Shown: in pieces, positions 53,031-64,000 of the stretch
How the letters are laid out: the number at the start of each line of letters is the position of its first letter
Position numbering within the stretch: position 1 is the stretch's first letter
DNA from: Podarcis gaigeae
Taxonomy: Eukaryota
Assembly: GCA_964106915.2 (NCBI GenBank)
Contig: OZ066914.1
Length of the DNA stretch: 64,000 nucleotides
Reading direction: 5' to 3' (one strand)
Made by a program: the position numbers and the translations under genes
The notes under the pieces: model-generated
What the model saw: the letters and a program-made list of their open reading frames with translations, nothing else
The model's database searches: none
What the model was told of the DNA's origin: nothing

Positions 53031-53847
53031 TCCCTGTGGCTTTTCTTTCATGCACCTTACACATGAAGGTATGTCAGGAATTGGTTAGAGATTCCATTTT
53101 TGGCAGAGTTAGTCTCCCACAAGATGTCAGAATAGTTGAAGCCCCCCCCCTTGCTACATTTCCCCCCTTCCTTGAGACATACATAATTTCTTTCAGAAAA
53201 GCATAGTCCACATACTCTTCTTACCCATGGGGCTACTGTGTTCACTATCTTGAATTTCTGTGCAGTGTCCACATTTTTGGCCTATAATGCTGCTTTAAAA
53301 AGTTAAATTATTCAGTTGCTACATTCCAATCATGGCAGTCATTTCGCCATGTTTCCATTAGTCATACCTACTGAGACGTATTTACCTTTCTGGACTAGAG
53401 TTTCAAACTCATTTTCTTTATTTCACATACTCAGTGAAGTAGTACATAAACACTGGAAGTCAATGATATTATGTTCCAATGTCTCTATTGATGTTTTGTA
53501 GATATGCTAGGCATTATCTTTGTTCTCAAAAGCGCACCATTCAATACTAGCACATTTTCCCCTTTCCAAATATACTGTGCTCCATTCACTCTTGCAATCA
53601 GAGCATATTCAATGGTTGAACTTTTTGGTGAAACAAGTGATGGTCAGTTTAAAAATCAACTTAAACAACACCACTCGAGTTCAACGCTGGTCAAACCTGC
53701 TGGGAGTACAGCCCCATAAAACATACATTGCAAAACACCGTTCCTACATTTTCCCTCTGAAACTATGCCTCAGTCCTGAACTTGTGGAGAAAACCCATAA
53801 GCGAACTTATTTTCAGATGGATGGGACAATCAGTTTGGTGTGCAGTA

Positions 53848-54073
53848 CAGTGGTACCTCGGGTTAAGTACTTAATTCGTTCGGGAGGTCTGTACTTAACC
53901 TGAAACTGTTCTTCACCTGAAGCACCACTTTAGCTAATGGGGCCTCCTGCTGCTGCCACGCCGCCGGAGCACGATTTCTGTCCTCATCCTGAAGCAAAGT
54001 TCTTAACCTGAAGCACTATTTCTGGGTTAGCGGAGTCTGTAACCTGAAGCGTATGTAACCCGAGGTACCACTG
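53848..54073 (+). mobile_element. Tigger-type MITE, complete
   Basis: TA|CAGTGGTACCTCGGGTTA ... TAACCCGAGGTACCACTG|TA with perfect TIRs. Confidence 0.95.
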
Positions 54074-54303
54074 TACATGCATCTCACCGTGGGGGAGATT
54101 CATAGGTCATCACTTTGAGTTATCATGAGTTATCACTTTGTTCGTCATGCTGGAAACATGAAACTAGGAAGTGTGACTCAACCACACTTCCCTTCTCTCC
54201 AAAAGTGACCCTCTCTGTATATGGCCTTCTATGCTGAGAATAGCTGTATCAAGGAAATGGTTGATGTACACTGGTCATCTGTCTAAGTTCTCATGATTTA
54301 ATA

Positions 54304-54657
54304 CAGGGGTGGGGAGACTCAGCTTGGGGGCCAAATACATCCTTCGGGGCATCTCTATCTGGCTCTTGGGACTCACTCAGGGCTACATCCTTTCTCCCCA
54401 GGCAATACCCCTTTCCCCATGCCCTCCTTGAGTGTATTTGCCTGGCTGGAATGTGTCTTTGAATTATGATAATGCCTCTTATCTGTCTGTCTGGAGGATG
54501 TGTGGATGTATGTCAAAACTAACCTACTATACAAAGGTGAAATTCAAGTACATGTATTGCTTTGCTCACTGTTACCTCTGGCGCCATCCAAGTGTCCCTA
54601 CGAAGCCTGCCCAGATGTGAATGCAGTCCTTGGTCTGGAAAAGGTCCCCCTCTCCGA
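54304..54657. mobile_element. Decayed hAT-Charlie-like non-autonomous element
   Basis: CAGGGGTGGGGAGAC..GGGGGCCAAAT start and AAAAGGTCCCCCTCTCCG end. An inverted relative lies at about 48500-48810. Confidence 0.6.
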
Positions 54658-55557
54658 TTTAATGGCACCAAATAGAATAAATACATAATTAAAATCACAG
54701 GGGATTTTTTTAAATTATTGCCAAAACATTTAGAGTTGGATGTGAAACAACACTAGTTCTCGTGGATGTGGGATTCAAGTCTGTGCTGCATTTTCGGCTG
54801 AGATTATAAGGACTCTCTGACAATTGCAGTCCCAGGAAATTGGAAGTAAATTGAGATGATTGTCTTTTATCGGAGCAGCTTGATGGAATTATTAAAAATG
54901 CAAGCAAGCTTTCAGATATGCATAACCCTTCTTTAAGGTTATGAGGAAGGTGATGAGCTATGCTGAGTACATTAGTATTTCAAATATCACTATTAAGCAC
55001 ACAGGGGATGTGAGTTCAGGAGAAACCTAGAGGAAGACATAATTAAGAACTGTGCATTTAATATTTGATTATTTGGATGTTAACTGAATGATCAGGGCAA
55101 GCTACCACATTTAGAACAGGGATGGGAAACTTCTGTCTCTCCAGATATTTTTGGATTCCCATTATCCATGACCATTGGCCAAACTGGCTGAGTGATGGAG
55201 TCCAACACCATCTAGAGGCCAAGAGGTTCCTCATCCAAGATTTAGCAGGAAGTAACTTTGGCCAGTCAAATTGAAGCATTTTGCTCCAGTCAAATTGAAG
55301 CACTTGGTATCAGTGGGAGAGATTGAAGCAGATACTTAACTCACCCTCTGGACCCAATGGCATTCAAAAGTACTTAACATTTGGAATTGGATCATGACTT
55401 TTCTTTATTTAAAAATATATGCCACTGGATAGAGGGGAACCCTTACTTTCACCAATTCTTAAAAATCTGGCAAGGACCATGAGTTGCTTGCTACTGGGAT
55501 GAAGTAATATGCAAACATAAGATGGTATGTTATTAGATGAAAGGGTGTATCTTACAG

Positions 55558-55911
55558 CAGGGATGGCAACCTGATCACATGCCAGCAGTGGTCGAGGCCA
55601 GAGGCCAAAGTGGCTGGAGCAACAAGTGTAAATTTTACATGTGTACATTAGCCTGAATTCTACACACACACACACAACTCTATGCACCATTAAGAAAAGC
55701 AAGTGGTACTACCAGAGTTCAAGGACACATGACCCTCACGATCCCTTTCAACTCTACAATTCTATGATGATTCAATGATGATTTCAGCCAGGTAAAAGAC
55801 AAACAGGGTGTGAAGCAGTGAAAGGTTGCAACCGGGGGACAATTCTGATAGCCAGAGAGAGAGGCCTGGAGGGCTGAATTTGGCCCTTGGACCTGAGTCT
55901 CCCTGCCCCTG
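55558..55911. mobile_element. Decayed hAT-like element containing a CR1 3' tip (~55720-55780)
   Basis: CAGGGATGGCAACCTG..GGCCCTTGGACCTGAGTCTCCCTGCCCCTG, with internal GATCCCTTTCAACTCTACAATTCTATGATGATTC resembling a CR1 terminal repeat. Confidence 0.55.
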
Positions 55912-58900
55912 TCTCACAGCCAGGCACAATTCAAGTGTAGATGCATATTTTTAACTTGGGTGTCAGGTATCTTAAGGGCTGTCCTCTCTCATTTCAGCCA
56001 GCCTGAACTTTACAATCATCACCTGATTCCCTCCTCATGATCCCCCTGCCTCTTGAGGGTAGGTGGGCAGAGACTGGGAACTGGCATCCAGTGTGTGGAA
56101 TATTCTCTCTTGAGAGGCTCACCTAGTTCTGTACCTGATGATGGCTACCTGACACAATCCGGACTGTTTTTCTATGTTGTTAACCTCACCAAAATCCTCT
56201 GTACACATAAGAATGTGTCCAAATAATTATCTTAATGCGAAAACCTGGTGATGTATGCCATATGTGAATATAGTCCTAAAACCCTATTCTTTTAAGTCAA
56301 ATTGCTTGTATGACATAGCAGAGGTGATCCATAAAGCAATTTATTTCTCTCTCCTTTGTGCCAATCCATGCTAATTCAGATAATGTTCGCTGATGATTTG
56401 CTGCACTGAATTATTGAAATAAATCCATACGTATCGAGCTAATTGATTAGCTCTCCACATCTAAGGTAAAGCCAGCATTAATCACATTGAGTTGGACAGC
56501 TTTTCCGTCTAAATACCAGCTGATAAGGGAGTCAAGAGAATAATAATTTGGAGTTCACCTGAAGTGTTGGCAATGTGGGGTGCCAGGTTCCAGGTGGGCT
56601 GGTAACAGAAAGCAGCCTCAAATTGTTCCAGCTTAAGGCAGTCAACACTATGAAATGCCTGGCCTTAATTCCACACAGCACATGAAGAACAGACACTACC
56701 ATCTTAAATGACTGAACCCTGTCCTCTCTCCAATGTGCTCAGGAGGATAGTGTCTATCACGGGTGGGGAACATTGTTGGGCTGAGGATCACATTTCCCCA
56801 GGGAAAAGCTGGTGGGGTCTGTATTCCTGTAGTGGAGAGGATCAGGCACCAAAGTGGGTGAGGCTGGACTCATATGCAACCACTCACACTTCTTTCAGTG
56901 GAAGGAGCTGCAGTTGCCCATTTTGTACAACACCAAAGGCCTTTCCCCCTGCCAGCAGAACATCTGGTGCTCAGGTAAGGTCCCAGAGGATCTGCTGAAA
57001 TGGGCTGTGGGCCACACCTGGCCCATGGGCTGAGCATTCCCTACCCCTGGTGCATACGTTGTTCTTCACTTTGCCTCCCTCATAGTGACTGGCTCAACGT
57101 TACCACAAGAAGCTTTCTGTCCAAGAGCTTATCTGAACCTGTCTTCCTGGTCTAATTCCACTATTCTGTTAATTCCCTGTTTTTGCTCTCCTCTTGGATG
57201 AAAGGTTGGGCTCAGTCTGCCTTCATTGTTGCTTTTCTTTCTGGACTGCTTCTCAAACAACAAAGTGTTTTGTTCTCTGAATTTGTTAGTGTCTTTCTTG
57301 ATATTCTCTTCCATGCTTGCTGTGATTAGTAAGAAACTGGCTTCTGCTATTTCACGAACCAGCATCCAGCATGATCATGATGGCCTCCTCTCCCCTTTTC
57401 TCTAGTGGCTCTTCAGATTCAACAAGAAGATGGTTCAAGTGCTATTTGGAAAGTGGGAGAGAAAGGCTGTGACATCTAAAAACTGTTCCGGATTATTGCT
57501 GAATTAACCCAAGGCGAATCACACTGAATAATCACTTCCTTACAGGGTTGAACAAACTCATCTCTGAAATGTGATCAAGTTGATTCAGTATTAAATAGTG
57601 ACTCCTGAGCACTATGACATTTTTCATTTCCCATTCACTCAGAAATATGCTGATATTTTCATAGAACTGTTTACACAAATTGGCACAACTCCATTGCACA
57701 TCAAGTCAAAGATCTTGGCCAGATCTACATGGCAAACTGTTATTTCACCCACAGTATGGTCCAAAATATAGCACAGCTCTTCTTTATTTTTATTTTTATT
57801 TTAAGAAACCATATGAGCTCTTGTGGAGGTTATTGACACTTGTTACTTAGCTACCCCAATTTAGTGATAGGGGAAACCATTTTAAAAGACAAATTCTACA
57901 ATTAAAAAAAAACAAACCCAAGTCCTAATATTACTGGATTTGAAAACACAACAGAAAACAGGTTGAAGAGCATCTTGCATTCCAAAAATCAGTTAGTTAA
58001 AAAAACATATTGGTATAATGTTCTATTGATAAATAATAATGATTTGCTTTTCTTGGTTCTTTAAACTTAGTATCTGAATGAAACGAAATCTATGAATAAA
58101 CCCATACACAGTTACTTTTAAGCATTCCTAATTTATTTATTTTTTACAACATCTTATGTCTTAGACTGTGTAAGATGTTTACAGAAGCCTGCACTGGCAC
58201 CAATAAAAGCTTCCCCCTTGATGCAAATAGAAGGTGAAGAGTGATTTTTGTGAGGACTGTGGCAGAGTGGGAAGGGTTAAACTCACCCTCCACACCCCTG
58301 CAGTCCCAATACTACTCAGGCTCCCCCATAGCGGCAATTTATATAACAAAAATGTGCATGTTGCATTCACACAATTAACACCATGTCTCATCTGGCCCCT
58401 TAAAACATGGAGGCTAGTTTATTTAATGATGTCCCTTCCAAGACATTACAACATTTTACCCATATCTTCTCCCTCTTCAACATTGTTTCCAAAAGTTAGC
58501 TCCAATTTTGATCTGCTTTTGGTTAGGGGGATAGCAGTTTTCTAAACGAGAGATTTTACAGATGTTCTGTACATTAACAAACGGCTACTGAAACAACCCT
58601 CTGTAATTTCTGCAGCACTAATTCGATTTACTTGTTATCCCTGCTTCTGTTGCTGGCTTTACAGCATCCAGTGTGCACATTTAATCTAGCAAGTAAACTA
58701 GATTGTCTTAAATGTTTTAAATTTGTTCCAGATTGCATCTAACATCCAATCACTACATAACTGCTGCAAATATAAAACATTTACCAGCAACAGCAACATC
58801 CAGTTTTTGCACATGAAGAGTATTTTTTTTTTTTTGCACAGAACAGCTCCTGAATAGCAACAAGAGCCTATGCTGTGATTTCACACTTCATAGGCAAACC

Positions 58901-61900
58901 ATTGGTCAAACTAAGTTACAATGCAACCTGTTACCCAAAAGACTGTGAGAGCCCTTCACAAACAGCTGCAACATGCATTTCTCATTGAATCACTCATGCT
59001 CGCCTCTGCCATGGTCCCTACACTTGGGAGAGTACAAACGGACTCTTAACTTCTTTGAATTTCCTGAACTTCTGAATCCATAGTCCATCATCATCATTAT
59101 TTGCAAATCTATAGCATGTTAAATAAAGAAAATCAGAATTATGGCCAGGCCTCAACGTGTCTCTTAGAATAACACTGGCCTTCAGCTGGTGGATGAAAGT
59201 CTAACCAATGGTGGGTCACAACAGCAGCCCTACCACCCTCCAGATATAGGGTATTTCTTTTATATATGGTAAAGAAATGGGCACCTAAATGCATGCTTAA
59301 AGATTGGTCCCAGGTCAGGAAAGGTAGACAACTGCTTAAAAAATATTCCCCCCATGTTACAGATTTTCTCTGGTTTGATTTCCCAGCCAGATGACCTTAT
59401 GCTACGAGATCACAGGCTGATTCACAAGGAGCTACTCCAGACAACCTGTTTACTGAGCATTCAACCCGTTTTGCTTCACACAGATTAGACGACGCCCAGT
59501 CCTTACTGAGTATATTTTCTGATTTTCTGGTTTGCAATGTGGTATATAACAACAAACATTCATCCTGATTTGCTTGTGCAATGATTATACATCTTTCCAT
59601 CGATCCTTAATTCATCACGCACTTCACAGTGCATTTCTCTGTCACTTCCCTAACTGCAAAAATTCAAAAATTATTCCTTTTTAAGTATTTGTTGTGCCAG
59701 GGTGACAAGAGTGCTTTAATCTACTTTAATTGCATGAACCTAGATTTCTGAAGTGCGCTTTAATCCCTCTTGCAAAACAATGACAGCCCAAAGGCACCCA
59801 GAGTTCTTCTTGAGTTACAGAAGCCATTTACATGGTAGGTAAGGCAAGTAAGTTGCAGGCAGGTAGGTAGAGGTAAATGACTCTCAGAAACTCTGATTTG
59901 TTCTCAGAGCCACCCACATGGTTGAGGAAGCTAGAGATTAGCATTCCAGGCATTTACTCCATTAATTACGATCTCTTTCCAAATTGGCTGTCTCTGAAAG
60001 CTGGGGAGAAGCAGAAATGCCAAACTCTTTTCACACATAATTGACATTCACGTTATGACACATTATTGACATGACAAAATCTTTCCTCAGTCAAGCCCCT
60101 AGTGTTCTGCCTGACTGTGGCCAATAACAGAAGCTGCAATAGTGATGTACAACAGCACATGGTGATTAATGGAAATGCCATTTTTTTGTTGTTTGCTTGG
60201 AGCTTCTGGCAGTTTTTGACATTCTAATGATGACTTCACACCTTCAGTTTAAGCAACAGCTAAATACATTTTCTCTCAGCTTGGCTCTCAGCTGAGGAAT
60301 ATTCCCCTGAGGTAGCAGAAAGATACAACCACTATGTGTTTCTGGTTTATCATGTGACATTCTTTGGGACAAAGGGAAGAGACACGGGCTACACACCATA
60401 CATTTTAGGCGTGTGACATCCCCCCAATACTCCTGGGAACTGTAGTTTACTCTTCACAGAGCTGTAATTCCCATCATGCTTAACAGACTATGACTCCCAT
60501 GATTCTTTGGGGGAGGCCATGTGCTTTAAATGTATAGTGTTTCCTCCTGTCCACCTATGTTTTGCACAAATGCATTTTAAAAAAATCACTGGGATATACT
60601 ATTAGCATCCCACGACTTTAAAAAAATAATTAGAATTCACTATATATATATATTTCCTCTAGCCGCAGGAAAGAAATCTTTAGATGCCTGGCCACATGAT
60701 CAGTTTTATCTATGATAAGAAGTCCCTAGAATGAATTGAATCTCTTATTTGCACATTCAAAGGGTTGAACTGGAGATTGAAGTGAGATACAAGGAAATTC
60801 CAGGGCTTTCAGCTTACCTGCCTCTCAGCACAGGATAAGCAAACAAGTAAGAATTAACAGACTGCTTTCTCTAGTGTGTGAAGTTCTAGTCCTTTGAAGG
60901 AACAGGGTGACTTGCAAATGACCTTAAATGGCCAGCAAGGATGGGTGTGTGTGAAACACCTTAGAATCCCTATTATGTAAAGTTAGCAAATGCTGAATTT
61001 TGACTGAGACATACCTAAATTCCTGGATCTTCCTTGAACTGTAGATTTATCCTTAATGCATTTAGCCATAATGCAAAAGGACTTGGGAGACAACCCCCAC
61101 CAATATACACCGCCCCTCCTCATTTTGCAACTGAACTAATATCTCAGTTTTGCACAACCCACTCCCATGGCCTGTAACATGTAGATATCAACACATACCT
61201 CCCTTCCCAAGGGTTTTGACTCACAAGGCTTAATTATTACTTTGAATTTCTCAGAGAAGGGTGCTATAGAAGTGCAAATTATTGCCAGGACAGATTTCTC
61301 TGTGCAAGCAGGACCCAGAATTCAGCACATTCACAGTGCATGACTTTGACAACAGCAGGGGTTTGGCCAGTCCTTTTACCCTGCTGGTCCCTTGTTCCTT
61401 CCTCCCCTTCTCCCAGTCTCATCCAACTAGCCACCACCCCATTTCCATATGTGCACTGGTGATCTCTCTGAGGTGTCAGGTGAAGGATTGCATGCATAGC
61501 CCAGATTGGTCCTTGCAGGATAGGATAGGAACCCAATTGCCCTCCCCACCCTGCCTTGTGCACTTAAATGTCTCCTGCCCAGGGAATGATGGCTCAGTCA
61601 AGACGCCAGTGAGGAGCCAGAGTTAGAATTGGCAGCTGCTCCATGGCTCTGAGCCAGGTTGATGCTGCCCATTATGGACATGATGTGAATAGTGTTTCTC
61701 CCACTGCTTCTTAGCCCGTATCTTCTTATTCAATATATTGAGTTTTGTCTCTTCATTCTTGGTCCTTGGGCAATAACAGGGATTTACAAATACATCAGTC
61801 CTAAAGCTCCCCTCTCCCTTTATTTCACCCCTGAATCATAGAAATTTATATATCCATACACCCAGTGCAGAAACTGCAGTCCTGAACTTGACAGTTTGGG

Positions 61901-62469
61901 AAACAAATCATCCCAAGGTGTCCTTCCTTGTAGCAGACCCCCATGATCCCATTACCCAAAATGGCTAGAACAATTACTATACACCGTGTACAAAGGAAGC
62001 ACAGCAGAGAGACTTTCTAGAGGTTCAGGCACATGAAAAACGTCTGCCAATAGACACATGGCAAAATCCTGGAAATGTTATTGCTCTGTGATGTCCCAGG
62101 GATATTTTTGCCATCAGTATCAGGCTATACAGACACTGCATGCGCACATTCTGTTTCCACAAGGGATGTATAAATTTCGATACAATGAGCTGCATAACAG
62201 GTGCAAGGAAACCATGAAGTCTGCATTCCTGAAAATCAAAGCAGGGGAACCGCATCTGCGGATGGCATCTTCTGTGATGGGACTGAGCTGGCAAGCAACC
62301 TTGCCCATCAGATTATAATGTTCACAGAATGGTTCTAATACAGACAAGTGGACAGGAAAAGAGACACATCTTCTGTGAATGTTTTCTTTTCTGAGCATCA
62401 TATTTTCTGCTCTGTACTATAAGCTGATATGCAACCCTCCCAACCAATAAAAAAAATATTTCCACCAAT

Positions 62470-62660
62470 GAGTAGCAGCTCCATGGTAGAGCATCTGCTT
62501 TGCATGTGGAAACTCCCATGTTCTATCCATGTTCTCTCCAGTTAGGCTCAATCCTTGGCACCTCCTGTACCTGAAACTTCATGCTGTCCATCACCATTGG
62601 CAATACTGAACTAAAGGGGCAATGGCCAGACTCAGCATAAGCCAACATCCTATGTTCCTA
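62470..62660 (+). mobile_element. Squam3-like tRNA-derived SINE
   Basis: TGGTAGAGCATCTGCTTTGCATG tRNA-like head and CAATACTGAACTA..GACTCAGCATAAG..TCCTATGTTCCTA tail. Confidence 0.75.
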
Positions 62661-62731
62661 AAGCATTTTCAAAGACAGCATGTGGTGAGGGTGTCAAGGA
62701 TGCTTTTGTTGCTGTTCAAGGAAGTAGCAAA

Positions 62732-62806
62732 CAGTGCTTCTTTTCTAGAAAAAAAAGGTGCCAGTACTGTGTACCGTTGAGTACCGCTAAGGAGGGGGGG
62801 GCACTG
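62732..62806. mobile_element. Mini hAT MITE (75 bp)
   Basis: CAGTGC...GCACTG termini with near-perfect 8-bp TSD GTAGCAAA / GTAGCAAC. Terminus related to 11861-12007. Confidence 0.75.
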
Positions 62807-64000
62807 GTAGCAACCACTGCATTCCCATTACAGAAGCAAAGGACTGTTGACTACTGAACTGGGGCTAAATGTAGTGGTGTATCAGGAAGGGGGTGAAGCC
62901 TGTTACAGTTTTATAAGCATTGCAACAAACAACACACAAAGTATCTCAAGCAAATATCATGGTGGAACTACCTGCAATGGCAACTGGGTTGGGTCACTGC
63001 CAAGTAGCAGTGCATTGGCAGTTTGGTGGTAATCTGAAAGGGAGAAGTAGCAGGTGAAAGAGGTGCAGAACCCACCACCCACCCAATGTTTCTCCCAGGT
63101 TGCTGTCTCTCCCTGCCCGCTGCTCCAAAGCTGAGCTAATTTTTGGTCTTGAGTCTCAGCTGGGAGAAAAGCTGTCTGCTTCCTTCTCTGAACACGACAG
63201 TCCCAAATTGGACACTACTGACCAAGTTCAAGTAAGGTACACAGCACACTTCGAAAAGAACAAGATGATATAAACTTAAAAGAAAGAAACTTAAGTCAAG
63301 TCAGCTTAAATCAAGGATATAGGGGAAGGCATAACCTAAGCCACAGAAATAGCAGGGGGAGGGGGAGAGAAGAGATATATCACTCTGAGCACATCTAAAG
63401 GGGTGGGGGCAAATCCAAGATACATTCACAATGGCAGCATCTTCCGGAGGGTTTTTTGGTTTTTTTAAGGAAGCACAAAAGTGGCTGCATCCATGAAGAG
63501 CTTGAAGTGGGGTGTACAGGGAAGGGCGTCAGAAAATTTGAAACCATGAGCTTTATAGGTTGTCTGAAAGAGTCATGTGCTTGGGAGTCAAAAATAAACC
63601 AGTCGGCACAAAAAACCCACAAGGCTGGTCTTACGCAACAGCTAAACTAACATCAAGTCAGAACACACATCTTTGGATCTAATCGAGGAGGAGTGGGACG
63701 CAGCTTCTTTGCTGAGGATGCGATAAATGTTTAGCTTTGCTGCCTTGCGCAAGCTATTTTAGGAAAACGTTAGGAACAGTGGCGTTTGGCCTTCTGTATG
63801 CAAGGAAGCAAAGCAAAGAGGCAGCCTAACAGGAAACATTCCCAGATAATGTTTTAATGTATTGCTTAGTTGTGATGGAATAAGGGCTGGTGGTCTGGAT
63901 GGGGGTTCTTGTGGTTAAGGAAGAGACATATTTCCACATATCCAACAGTCCCTTCCCATGCCCATACAAAGCATCCCCTCTGTGTTATTTCATAGATGAT

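Noticed and set aside
1148-55303. Short direct repeats (1148-1199, 36237-36305, 55262-55302) as possible CRISPR-like arrays
   Set aside because: Only two units each, no spacer series, and a eukaryotic context; these are ordinary tandem duplications.
60309-60340. TGAGGTAG let-7 seed-like sequence (also near 39728)
   Set aside because: The rest of the mature let-7 sequence is absent and no precursor hairpin is evident.
62470-62545. tRNA-Cys-like sequence
   Set aside because: It is the degenerate head of a SINE with a SINE body and tail downstream, and has no intact cloverleaf. The same applies to the tRNA-like heads near 37150-37216 and 48130-48193.
305-63650. Numerous 60-170 aa ORFs in the six-frame track
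   Set aside because: Apart from the TE-derived ones, none resembles a protein family I recognise. Many use non-ATG starts or span repeats and gaps, and their lengths are what non-coding vertebrate DNA produces by chance.

Overview
This is non-coding vertebrate genomic DNA from a squamate reptile. The SINE and MITE families point to a lacertid lizard (inference from repeat content). I could not identify any host protein-coding exon, RNA gene or CRISPR-like array, so the window reads as a large intron or intergenic region. It contains two assembly gaps and many transposon copies: two full-length Sauria/Squam1 SINEs with target-site duplications (TSDs), a 5'-truncated BovB (RTE) LINE with an intact ORF 3' end, Squam2/Squam3/MIR-like SINEs, CR1 and L2 fragments, four copies of one TA-flanked Tigger-type MITE (one of them rearranged), several hAT MITEs and a probable solo LTR. 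BovB is the only clearly recognisable protein in the ORF track; an L2 C-terminal motif and a possible L1 ORF1 relic are weaker matches. I found no convincing novel biological system. The best leads are (i) a multi-breakpoint inverted rearrangement at about 1.3-1.9 kb, (ii) a TG..CA element with a 6-bp TSD and a nested hAT MITE, (iii) elements from families known for horizontal transfer (BovB, OC1-like hAT), and (iv) a few unique segments that look like enhancers. Family names come from recalled consensus sequences, not database searches, and the boundaries of decayed elements are approximate.
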